A stretch of DNA of 64,000 nt from the IMG/VR virus record IMGVR_UViG_3300046665_000361, positions 29,011 through 93,010 of that record, one strand, 5' to 3'. The translations under genes and the position numbers were made by a program. Origin of the DNA: a virus. Positions 40,427 through 49,136 of this stretch are shown piece by piece. The notes below the pieces were generated by a model. It was not told the origin of the DNA. It did no database searches and saw nothing but the letters and a program-made list of their open reading frames with translations. Every line of letters begins with the position of its first letter. Position 1 is the stretch's first letter.

Positions 40427-41104
40427 ATGTCCGATGTACCAGAAGTTCCAAAGAAACCAGAGTTAGATCCGGGCAGTAAATACTACCAGCGGCGTATTCT
40501 TGATGGGCTGAAAAGTCTTGATGATGCAGCCGCTGATCTCCTGGTGGGTTTCGAACGCAATTACCGGAAAGTGCCAGAAGCCTACTTCGTGGCTCACCTG
40601 CTACCCATTCTCCGTAAGTGGATCATCAACAACCCACAAGACCTAGCTGAGCCTGGCCTGTGGTTCAATGTTGCGGACGGTCTACACAATCCGATTCTTG
40701 TGACTGATACCAAAGGCGAACTGTTGTTCAAGACGCCGCTGTTGTTTGTCAAGATCCCCGACCGGAACCCGATGGAGAACCATCCTCGGCTGGACTCGGT
40801 ACACCAGATGGTAGCTGTACAAGGCCAGATGTTTGATAACTCTGACCAACGCGCCGCTTACCAGATGGAGCAGGAGATCGAAGATGTCTTGATGCCGACC
40901 CCAGAACAGGCCGCCAAGACAGAAAACCTACTGCTGACTATCGAGATCTACTATCGGTATAAACTGCCGTTAGAAGAGGTTGTAGGGCGTGCTGCTCCTG
41001 AGATCAAGGAGGCACTCGACAAACGTTCCAAGGTGGTCTCCGTAGTTGAGGCGCCACAAACCTCAGGCATTGCTGACGATGAAGAATTCATCTACGACGA
41101 CTGA
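40427..41104 (+). CDS. Conserved hypothetical protein
   Basis: PE.YFV..LLP and W..VA...NP.LV.D..GE.LF..P motifs; GGAG SD. Confidence 0.7.
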   Translation: MSDVPEVPKKPELDPGSKYYQRRILDGLKSLDDAAADLLVGFERNYRKVPEAYFVAHLLPILRKWIINNPQDLAEPGLWFNVADGLHNPILVTDTKGELLFKTPLLFVKIPDRNPMENHPRLDSVHQMVAVQGQMFDNSDQRAAYQMEQEIEDVLMPTPEQAAKTENLLLTIEIYYRYKLPLEEVVGRAAPEIKEALDKRSKVVSVVEAPQTSGIADDEEFIYDD

Positions 41105-42248
41105 TTGGCCGTTCGTTCTAAAGTTCGAAGAGTTTGTACCCAAGTTACCTGAGGCAGATGGCGCAAACGTCCTGGTAATCAGTGATGTCCACCTAGGCCA
41201 TGCTCGGGTACACACTCGAGTGATTATCGCGTATCTGGATGTCATCACATCTGAAGAGCGGTTGAAGACCATCCGGGTGATCGTAATCTCTGGAGATCTC
41301 TTCGATAAGCGCCTGACCTATGACAGTGAAGAAGCCCAGCTGATCAGCCGATGGATGGAGCGTTTATGCCGTAGATGTGGTCGACTGGGGGTTTCGATTG
41401 TGCTGCTGGAGGGAACTCCTAGCCATGATAACCGTCAGTCCCGCTGGATGGTCACTAACAACGAGATGGTAAAAGCTAACGCGGACGTCCGTTACTACGA
41501 AGACATCGCGATTGCTCCGCTGTACGAAGGCGGTCCTCTGACTTTATTCATCCAGGATGAAGTCAACCATGACGCTACCAAGACGTGGGTACGTGTCACA
41601 GAGCTCATGAACTCGCTGGGGATCGATCACGTAGACTTTGCTGTCATGCATGGCATGTTCACGTTCCAAGAGCCTGTGCGCTCTATAGCGTCCCACAGCG
41701 AAGAGCGATACGAGTCTATCGTAAAGCATCGGATCATCATTGGCCATCACCACAAACCGGCTTTCTTCGGCAAGATCAGGGTTCCGGGTTCTGTTGAACG
41801 TCTTCGTTACAATGAAGAACACGACAAAGGTCATTATCAGTTCACCTATTCGCCAACCAAAGGCGTGACTGATGAAGTGTTCCTCATCAACACTGGCGCT
41901 ACAGTCTTCAAGTCGATCGATGTGATCGGCAAGAAGTTCTTTGAGATCGAAGCGATTTTGATGGGGATGGAGGACTATCCGGACGGTAGTCATATCCGGC
42001 TAGAGATGAGTCGCAAAGACGAGACCTATACGGCAATGTCTAAGCTCAAGTCCCTCTTCCCTCACTTCGATCTATCGCCAAAACCAATCGAGGCTGAAAT
42101 GGCTACCGAGAACAGCGACCATCTCGTAGACACTCCAGTCATGACATCCATCAGACCTGACAATATCGCAAGCTTGATGTTGGCTCGTATGGCCAATGCG
42201 CCAGATGAAGTCAGAGCGCTTGCCGCCAAGATACTGTCAGCGGCGTGA
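41079..42248 (+). CDS. SbcD/Mre11-like metallophosphoesterase nuclease
   Basis: SDVHLG, GDLFD, EGTPSHD, MHG and GHHH motifs; likely start ATG 41079. Confidence 0.88.
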   Translation: MKNSSTTTDWPFVLKFEEFVPKLPEADGANVLVISDVHLGHARVHTRVIIAYLDVITSEERLKTIRVIVISGDLFDKRLTYDSEEAQLISRWMERLCRRCGRLGVSIVLLEGTPSHDNRQSRWMVTNNEMVKANADVRYYEDIAIAPLYEGGPLTLFIQDEVNHDATKTWVRVTELMNSLGIDHVDFAVMHGMFTFQEPVRSIASHSEERYESIVKHRIIIGHHHKPAFFGKIRVPGSVERLRYNEEHDKGHYQFTYSPTKGVTDEVFLINTGATVFKSIDVIGKKFFEIEAILMGMEDYPDGSHIRLEMSRKDETYTAMSKLKSLFPHFDLSPKPIEAEMATENSDHLVDTPVMTSIRPDNIASLMLARMANAPDEVRALAAKILSAA

Positions 42249-42262
42249 CTTAGGGGAATACC

Positions 42263-43123
42263 GTGGCTGTTGAAGACTATTCCAGAGGGCTGCTCACAGA
42301 TCGGCCCCAAGGGCAGTTCCCTCTCTCCATTGCGACCAGTTTGGCGATTGAAGGAATGTTGGGAATCATGCCCGATAAACCGCCACCTGCTGACCCTGAG
42401 ATCGATAAGACCGAACTCCTGATGGTGAACGTCAGGACGCTGCTGCGTAATCTATACGGCAGTATCCCGACGGGCGACAGGCCGATGCTCGATGAGTACA
42501 CGATTGCCGAAGCCATCAGCAACGAAATGCGGACTATCGAGTCCATCATCGCTGAGAAGTCGGATGGCCGGTGTTTCTGCCAGTTCTACTATTGCAGCTA
42601 CATTGACTCCAACCGTAAGTTCTCCAAAGGGCTGATCAAGCCACTCCGCACACCCTCTCAACAGTTCTACTGGAAGATGGAAAAGACGGTGATGGGGTTC
42701 CTGAGGGATGAGTTCAAATCGGGTCCAGGGATTAAAGAGTTTGTGACGGAGTTCGAAGATGCGAACTACTCTACGCTCATTATCACCCACTATCCTGTCG
42801 ACCTGCTACAACGGTATAGGTTCAGCTCTCTAATGCTCTTAGAATCGTTCACAGGGGCTATTAAACCGCCTCTTATGTGGAACACTAAGCTGCAAAACGG
42901 CGAGGACATCCAAAACCTCCCATTTGATCGGATGACCCTCCAGATGTTCGGGGATGGTGTCATGTTCTCCCCGATGCCGATCAAGATCAGGGAACGTGTT
43001 CTGCAAGTAGCGTTGAAGGATCGATGGACTCCTGCCAGGACCAAGGATTTCGTCATCGCGTCAATCACCAATCGGCGCGATCCAGCATTAGAAGTACTGG
43101 TCAAAGAGCTGTATCGTAACTAA
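42263..43123 (+). CDS. Conserved protein (phiKZ gp66 position), possible PIN/5'-nuclease-like fold
   Basis: LMVNVRTLLRN, ITHYPVDLL and LLESFTG. The fold assignment is tentative. Confidence 0.55.
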   Translation: MAVEDYSRGLLTDRPQGQFPLSIATSLAIEGMLGIMPDKPPPADPEIDKTELLMVNVRTLLRNLYGSIPTGDRPMLDEYTIAEAISNEMRTIESIIAEKSDGRCFCQFYYCSYIDSNRKFSKGLIKPLRTPSQQFYWKMEKTVMGFLRDEFKSGPGIKEFVTEFEDANYSTLIITHYPVDLLQRYRFSSLMLLESFTGAIKPPLMWNTKLQNGEDIQNLPFDRMTLQMFGDGVMFSPMPIKIRERVLQVALKDRWTPARTKDFVIASITNRRDPALEVLVKELYRN

Positions 43124-43181
43124 TTAAACTGGGAGCTAATATAATGTCAGCTCCCGCACACCCACTGAAGGAAAAGTCATC

Positions 43182-43973
43182 ATGGCTGAGCAACAAAAGC
43201 GCAAACCGCCGCGCGAACCGGATGTATTGAGTGATAACAAACTCGCCCTGTGGGGCGCCGTCCTGCGCGAGGGTGCTCGGTCATCCCAGCTGTGGCTCGA
43301 TAAGGACGAGAACAATCCTGTCATCAACATGGACACGGGCTACAAGACCGAAGGCAAGAACGGCAAAGAAGGCTACGCCGTCAAGGTGCGTACCCCGATG
43401 GCCCCGCGCCCGTTCCGTAGTCTGATGCGTCTGATCATCAAGGTTGCTCAGTCCCGCACGCCGGTGGCGTTCGAAGTTGACAACTGGAACTTCGCCTGGA
43501 ACTTCAACCGCGAACTGGGCAAGAACGAGCGCGCAAAAGAACGTTCCGTTATCTCCCGCTTCCAGATCGAAAAGCGCGAAGACGGCGTAGTTACTTTCGG
43601 CGTTACTGCCAGAGGCGTTGATGGCGTGGTCTTCGAGTTCAAAGAAGACGAGTATCACGTAACTCGCACCAACGGCGCAGCTGTCGATGTCAACATCACT
43701 TCGCCTGAAGCGGCTATCGCCTGGGCCGAGCAGTTGCTCGAAGTTTACTCCAACGACTTCCGTGAACGCTGGAAAGAGCCAGAGTACGCGAAGAAGAAAC
43801 GTATGGAACGCATGGCCAAGTTCGCTGACCGCAGCACCGGCTCTGGTGGCGGTGGTAGTTACCAGCAGAATCGTCCTGCACAGCAAAGTAACAATAATCA
43901 GCAATCGAACTCCGGCGGCCTGCCAGCATTCGATGGTGGTGATGATGCCTTCGACGAAGACATCCCGTTTTAA
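43182..43973 (+). CDS. ChmC-like nucleic-acid-binding protein (phiKZ gp67 position)
   Basis: Directly upstream of the gp68-like gene. Beta-rich core with a G/Q/N-rich disordered tail ending DAFDEDIPF. Confidence 0.62.
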   Translation: MAEQQKRKPPREPDVLSDNKLALWGAVLREGARSSQLWLDKDENNPVINMDTGYKTEGKNGKEGYAVKVRTPMAPRPFRSLMRLIIKVAQSRTPVAFEVDNWNFAWNFNRELGKNERAKERSVISRFQIEKREDGVVTFGVTARGVDGVVFEFKEDEYHVTRTNGAAVDVNITSPEAAIAWAEQLLEVYSNDFRERWKEPEYAKKKRMERMAKFADRSTGSGGGGSYQQNRPAQQSNNNQQSNSGGLPAFDGGDDAFDEDIPF

Positions 43974-44056
43974 CTGCGAGTTAACAGATCGACGTCATTA
44001 GACGCGGATCGCCCAACTCAAGCCTATAAGGCTCAGACAGCATACACCGCTGAATA

Positions 44057-44102
44057 TCCCAATAGTGTCCGTAATGGGCGCTATTGGGACTGGCTTTATG
44101 CC
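44057..44102 (+). terminator. Hairpin followed by TATGCC
   Basis: TCCCAATAGTGTCC-GTAAT-GGGCGCTATTGGGA...TTTATGCC. Confidence 0.6.
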
Positions 44103-44117
44103 GCGTATCGTAACTAT

Positions 44118-44143
44118 TTAAAGCAACACATTATAATACGGAT
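44118..44143 (+). promoter_or_regulatory. Putative early promoter
   Basis: TTAAAGCAACACATTATAATACGGAT. Confidence 0.55.
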
Positions 44144-44172
44144 AGACCAAACGAATCGGAGTTGATGTACCG

Positions 44173-45732
44173 ATGGAATTTAAAATTGCCTCACACACGA
44201 CACGCAGTTTCTCAACCGTGGCAGTCTGCCACAAAGATGAACCTGAGTACACTATCAGTTGCCGAGGCTATTCCAGCGCTAAACCTGGAGCCAAACGCGA
44301 TGATGGTGAACTCGAGATCTTCGAGGAAATCAATGACTTCATAGCAACGCTATCTGAAGCCAAACAGGAAAAGCTGTTCAACCTGTACGGTCGTCTGGAA
44401 TCGGCTATCGCTTCGTACGGTGATCCTACCTTAAAGGAAGATACTCGCCTGACCGATGTGCTGGACGACATCGCTGTGAAGATCTATGAGATCGTGAAGT
44501 TTGAGGATCTCCGAGCGTTTATCACGACTTATCGAAAGATCACGTTCCCAAGTGAGCTGACGGTCGGTTACGAGACAACGGACAAGATCACCCACAGCTT
44601 CAAACAGAAGACATATCTCAAAGACGAGTACATGGACCTCACCGCCGTAATCCTCGGCCTGCGGTGCATGATTCCGATCTGGGGTTCGTTTCTGCCGATC
44701 TCCAAGGTAGAGGATGGTTCCAAATGGAAGGAGTATCGGGCGTATGCGCTGCTCGACAACACCTCCATCAAAGCCACTCCGGTATTCGACCGACTGGAGA
44801 CGTACATCAAGGCCAATACCAAGGAAGAGGATTACGAACTGGCAGTGGTGTTCAACCACCTGTCCGGTGAAGAAATCCCAGCTTACCTGATGGCTCTGGC
44901 AGTTATCCGTAAGTTGTCCGTGGCGCCGCTGTCTCACGTCAATCCGTCGGATCACCTGATGAAGGTGGTCTACAACTATGTCTGTTCCCCCAAGAACAAG
45001 ACGCAGAATATCTTTGGCGATAACATCAAACGTAAGACCGACGACGAAGGCATGGCCAACGATTCGAACGGTAGCGTCTGGGATATCTTCAAGATGAAGG
45101 AATCGATCAGCACTGGCGAGCTGGTGATCTTCGAGGACTACGTCAACAACTTCATGGAAGCCGCACAGGCTATCGATGGTGATGTGGACATTGACCGACT
45201 CAAGGAATGTGTCAAGTACGCGACAGCCATCTCGAACTACGACTATAAAGACTCTCAGATCACCATTACGATCTGGGTGCTTTCTACCGTGATCGCGCCA
45301 TGCGTGGTCGAAATGTTCGATCGTAAAACACTGTTAACTGGAACCGGTATCGCACAAGCGATCCTTTGGAAATGGGGGTTTGTACAACTCGCTGCATTAT
45401 TGACCGCTGAACCAATTAAGCTTGAGAAAGGGCAGATCCACAGCGTCCCGCCTCGAGTAGATATCAACGATGAGAACATGCGTCGTCTGGATATCATCTA
45501 TCCGTATACACTGCCGGATAGTGGTAAACTTGGCATCTCGACTAACGTAGGGGTACGTGATATCGAGATCGTTGCATTGGAGTTGCTGGGCAGTAGCTGG
45601 CAGCCACGTTGCAGCGTTGCACTCGCCAGCGAGTGTGACCGGGCTGATATCCATCGTCAAATAGATCCAACGCCAGATCTGCGGGATGAACTTGCAGAGC
45701 TGTTGTGCGATCTGGACGAATTCAAACGCTGA
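44173..45732 (+). CDS. nvRNAP promoter-specificity subunit (phiKZ gp68-like)
   Basis: 519 aa with TY...EY.DL and MIPIWG motifs; synteny. Confidence 0.7.
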   Translation: MEFKIASHTTRSFSTVAVCHKDEPEYTISCRGYSSAKPGAKRDDGELEIFEEINDFIATLSEAKQEKLFNLYGRLESAIASYGDPTLKEDTRLTDVLDDIAVKIYEIVKFEDLRAFITTYRKITFPSELTVGYETTDKITHSFKQKTYLKDEYMDLTAVILGLRCMIPIWGSFLPISKVEDGSKWKEYRAYALLDNTSIKATPVFDRLETYIKANTKEEDYELAVVFNHLSGEEIPAYLMALAVIRKLSVAPLSHVNPSDHLMKVVYNYVCSPKNKTQNIFGDNIKRKTDDEGMANDSNGSVWDIFKMKESISTGELVIFEDYVNNFMEAAQAIDGDVDIDRLKECVKYATAISNYDYKDSQITITIWVLSTVIAPCVVEMFDRKTLLTGTGIAQAILWKWGFVQLAALLTAEPIKLEKGQIHSVPPRVDINDENMRRLDIIYPYTLPDSGKLGISTNVGVRDIEIVALELLGSSWQPRCSVALASECDRADIHRQIDPTPDLRDELAELLCDLDEFKR

Positions 45733-45761
45733 TCATCACAACGAATATCCAGGAGTAGAAG

Positions 45762-47342
45762 ATGAAGATTGTTAAACTGACGATGCTGGAAAATCGCGGG
45801 ATCGCGGCGCCAGTGATTCGGTCGTACACCACCAAGCTCAAGAAAGAGCATACGGACATCTTTGCAAAAGCGACTGACCAAGGTCGCCGCATCACCGCCG
45901 ACCGTATCTCCAAAGTCACAGCCAACGTGTTCGGTCCATCTTCCCGACATAAACACGTCGCCCACATCGATGGCGGCTGGGACGAAAAGCGGATCATGTT
46001 TGCGATGGTGGTCGAAATGGCCAGCCGTTCTCGCAGCAAGACCTACAACTACATCGTCGGCTATACTGACCATTCTGGCCACAGCCTGATAGGCCGTAAG
46101 GTCAAGTTCGATCGGAAGATGCGGTTGTACTTCAACACCATCACCCAGATCCACATGATCGAATCAGAATGGCGCGGTAGTTCCATCTGGCAGCCTCGCA
46201 TGCAGCGCCATGATCAGATCCTGAACCGTACTGGTATCTCAGGCTTTGGTCGTACCGAGAACCGCGGCGACAATCGTCCAGTAACTACTCGTCCAACGGA
46301 CCTGTTCCGCCGGGGCGGTTCCGACAAGTCGTTCGGTGCAATGCTGAAGTCCGATGGCGGTACTACCAACCTGACTGGTGTATTCAGCGGTATTCTGCGA
46401 GCATCGAGCCGACTGAACAACAGTCCTACATCGATGCTGACTCGTAGTCTGCAAGCACTGGCTGGTGCAGGGGCCAATCCAAATGACGCCTACATGGGTG
46501 ATGCGGACGATGCGGAGACCCTGGAAGCGGCGCAGGATAAGGTTGAAGAAACCATTATCACCGAAGATCCACTGATGGAGCAACTGAAGAAAGAGAGCAA
46601 CATCATCTCTTCGGGCTACATCACGTTCGGTGAACTGATGGACATGAACCCAGATTTCGATGAAGATCGTCAACTGGGCTTCAACCTGTACAAGCCAGCT
46701 CGCGATGAGTTCCAGTCCAACGCAAGCTTCAACGAAGATACCAACGAGACCATTGCGGCTACCATTATCGCAAACCATCTACCGACCATCATGATCGGTT
46801 CGATGTACTCGAAGGTGGCTGACCTGGTGCTGCGTAGCAATCCTCGCCCTGGAGATCCGGTGGTAGAGAGTGCTCACCCGTATCCATTCGTGGATGGGAT
46901 GGACATCGATGCAAGCTTCCCGTACTTTGAAGATCAGATCACCCACGTCATGATCAACGAAGTTACCAACGGCGGTGTCTTTGATGTGATCGCGCACATT
47001 GATGCCAACATCGATACAGAAATAAACATCAGGATCCGCATCGACGGCGGGGAAGAAGCACGCTACACCTTCCCAGCTTACGCTGACGGTCTGTTGGCGC
47101 CAACCATGGACAACTCGCTGAAGTCTCTCGGCATCTTGTCCAAAGGCGTAATCGATCTGGCGGCTGGTTTGCACGAAGCGCGTTTGGATGCTTCGCCGAA
47201 CCACACCAAAACACCGAACATTCTGACCTCGTCAGACGTGGCCGGTGCTCGCGACGATCGGGATCGCCGTTCCAGCAGGGATGAAACTCGCAGCCGCGAC
47301 GATCGTAGCGGTAATCGTTCACGGGGTAAGTCTATCATCTAG
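45762..47342 (+). CDS. Phage nuclear import factor PicA/Imp1-like (phiKZ gp69 position)
   Basis: Follows the gp68-like gene; contains I.GGW...R..F, GYTD and LYFN segments. Confidence 0.68.
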   Translation: MKIVKLTMLENRGIAAPVIRSYTTKLKKEHTDIFAKATDQGRRITADRISKVTANVFGPSSRHKHVAHIDGGWDEKRIMFAMVVEMASRSRSKTYNYIVGYTDHSGHSLIGRKVKFDRKMRLYFNTITQIHMIESEWRGSSIWQPRMQRHDQILNRTGISGFGRTENRGDNRPVTTRPTDLFRRGGSDKSFGAMLKSDGGTTNLTGVFSGILRASSRLNNSPTSMLTRSLQALAGAGANPNDAYMGDADDAETLEAAQDKVEETIITEDPLMEQLKKESNIISSGYITFGELMDMNPDFDEDRQLGFNLYKPARDEFQSNASFNEDTNETIAATIIANHLPTIMIGSMYSKVADLVLRSNPRPGDPVVESAHPYPFVDGMDIDASFPYFEDQITHVMINEVTNGGVFDVIAHIDANIDTEINIRIRIDGGEEARYTFPAYADGLLAPTMDNSLKSLGILSKGVIDLAAGLHEARLDASPNHTKTPNILTSSDVAGARDDRDRRSSRDETRSRDDRSGNRSRGKSII

Positions 47343-47381
47343 ACCTGCCGTACCACTTAATAGAAAGAAAGGACCAACACC

Positions 47382-48671
47382 ATGGCTTCAAAGTTGGACA
47401 AGCTGTTGGACTTCTATCGGAAGCAGCTGCTGGATGTCAACGTCTTTGACGAAGGCGATTCCGGCATGATGTGCTATCTGAAGAAGACCAAGAAAGATAA
47501 GGTCGGTAAGATCGAACCCGTCACGTTGAACAAGACGCGTCTCGTATTGCCGATGCTCCAGTTCTGTCGTGAAGGCGACTGGTCTGACCGTACAGCGTTC
47601 CACCCGCTGGCAGAACAGATCAGCGAAGGCCCAAGTCCAGTGCTCAATGCCTTCAAGAGCTACGTACGCCTGCGCTTCAAGGTCACCATCATCGAACTCT
47701 GCAACTCCCTGGCCAAGCTGGCAGTGGAAGTGGATCGTCAGAAAGGCATGTCGGCTGAAGCTGGCAAGTACATGCTGGCCCTGGCCGAGATCGACGAGAA
47801 AGCCGTCGACATGTTGAAAACTGTCCTGGACTCATCGACCGATGCTCCGGAAAAGCAGATCATCAACTTGTTCCTGAAGAACAAGACCACCGACGGCTCG
47901 CTGCGCGCCTGTCAGGTCTCGTTCCCGATCATGGATGACGCCGACAGCGGTGACAACAGCAAGTTCTTCGGCGTAGACAAACTGCGCAAGACCAAAGACA
48001 AAGCTCTGATTGTCGCGGTCCTGGACTACGTGCTGGGCGATGCGGCGCAACGGGAAACTTACAGCTCCGGCTCTAAGAACACCAACTCTCCGTATTACCA
48101 CAGCCTGCTGCTGTCGTTCCGTAAGTTCGCCGAGCATCTGAACAAGCTGATCGATCTTCACTCTGCGAAGTGTGAAAATCTGGCGGCGTTCAGGTTCAAT
48201 CTGGACTGGACCGAAGAACTGGATAACTTCCAGGAATTCGCCAAGCAGAACGGCGTAGCTGTCCCAGCACTGCCGGGTAACACCGGCCTGGAAGAAGACA
48301 AGATCGGTGAGTTCGAAGCCTCTGGCGATGATCTCGGCGGTGCTGATCTTCCGTGGTACAAGGACGAAGACGAGAAGCGCCGTGACCGGGAATCTCGCAG
48401 TTCCCGTGATGATGATCGACGTCCAAGCGATCGAGAGGAAAGTAGCGGCAAGCGCAGCTTGTCTGAAATCCTGAACAAACGCCGTGAAGGGCGTGATGAT
48501 CGCGATGACGATCGTGATCGTAACTCTGACCGTGACCGTGACCGCAACTCCAGTCGTCGCGATGAGCGTCAACCCAACTGGAAGCGTCACAGCAGCAGCT
48601 CCCGTGATGATCGCGATCGCGATGATGACCGGGGTGGTCGTAGCCGTAGCGGCCGTCGTTCGATGTTCTGA
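47382..48671 (+). CDS. Conserved protein (phiKZ gp70 position) with an R/D/S-rich tail
   Basis: RLVLP, FHPL.E...G.SPV and PYYH.LL motifs, plus a roughly 100-aa mixed-charge C-terminus. Confidence 0.65.
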   Translation: MASKLDKLLDFYRKQLLDVNVFDEGDSGMMCYLKKTKKDKVGKIEPVTLNKTRLVLPMLQFCREGDWSDRTAFHPLAEQISEGPSPVLNAFKSYVRLRFKVTIIELCNSLAKLAVEVDRQKGMSAEAGKYMLALAEIDEKAVDMLKTVLDSSTDAPEKQIINLFLKNKTTDGSLRACQVSFPIMDDADSGDNSKFFGVDKLRKTKDKALIVAVLDYVLGDAAQRETYSSGSKNTNSPYYHSLLLSFRKFAEHLNKLIDLHSAKCENLAAFRFNLDWTEELDNFQEFAKQNGVAVPALPGNTGLEEDKIGEFEASGDDLGGADLPWYKDEDEKRRDRESRSSRDDDRRPSDREESSGKRSLSEILNKRREGRDDRDDDRDRNSDRDRDRNSSRRDERQPNWKRHSSSSRDDRDRDDDRGGRSRSGRRSMF

Positions 48672-48673
48672 AC

Positions 48674-48721
48674 GGCATAGAGAGCGGGGAGGAAACTCCC
48701 CGCATTCTCTTTCTTTTCTTT
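48674..48721. terminator. Bidirectional hairpin with a T tract on + and TATGCC on -
   Basis: GGCATAGAGA-GCGGGGAG-GAAA-CTCCCCGC-ATTCTCTTTCTTTTCTTT. Confidence 0.7.
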
Positions 48722-48722
48722 G

Positions 48723-49064
48723 TCAGCTTGCGACCAAAGCGGTACGATAGATCTGCTTCAGACTCGCTACCAATTGGGCCTGAGGTACAAAGATCGCCTT
48801 GATGTTCTCATCGATAGCATTAATGGAAGTAATCCCGTTCATTACCTGAATCAGGTAATGGTCTTCCAGCGCTACGTTCTGTTGCAGCAAAAACTGTGTC
48901 AAATCGAAACGGTAAAGATATCCGTCCTCTGCCGGGATATCGACAATCCGGGTGCCTGGGTCGTCTCGCAGGTATTTGGCAAGGGAATAAATGAAGGTGC
49001 GGTAAGTATCTTCCGTTGTGTACGCATCAGGCTGCGCAATCAGGTAAGAGAGCATGCTGGCCAT
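48723..49064 (-). CDS. Small protein, possibly LysM/T4 gp53-like baseplate component
   Basis: YRFDL..FL...HY.I..MNGI.S pattern; a lone minus-strand gene. Confidence 0.5.
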   Translation of the reverse strand: MASMLSYLIAQPDAYTTEDTYRTFIYSLAKYLRDDPGTRIVDIPAEDGYLYRFDLTQFLLQQNVALEDHYLIQVMNGITSINAIDENIKAIFVPQAQLVASLKQIYRTALVAS

Positions 49065-49082
49065 GTAGTTTGTCCCACTTGT

Positions 49083-49108
49083 CTAAGATCACACATTATC
49101 TAAGTGTA
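49083..49108 (+). promoter_or_regulatory. Putative early promoter
   Basis: CTAAGATCACACATTATCTAAGTGTA. Confidence 0.55.
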
Positions 49109-49136
49109 ACAGAAACCCACCTAGGAGCTCTGCTGT

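Noticed and set aside
48365-48668. GATCGC/GACCGT-like short tandem repeats as DNA repeats or CRISPR
   Set aside because: They are explained by Arg-Asp codons, and there is no repeat-spacer structure. No CRISPR array was seen anywhere in the window.
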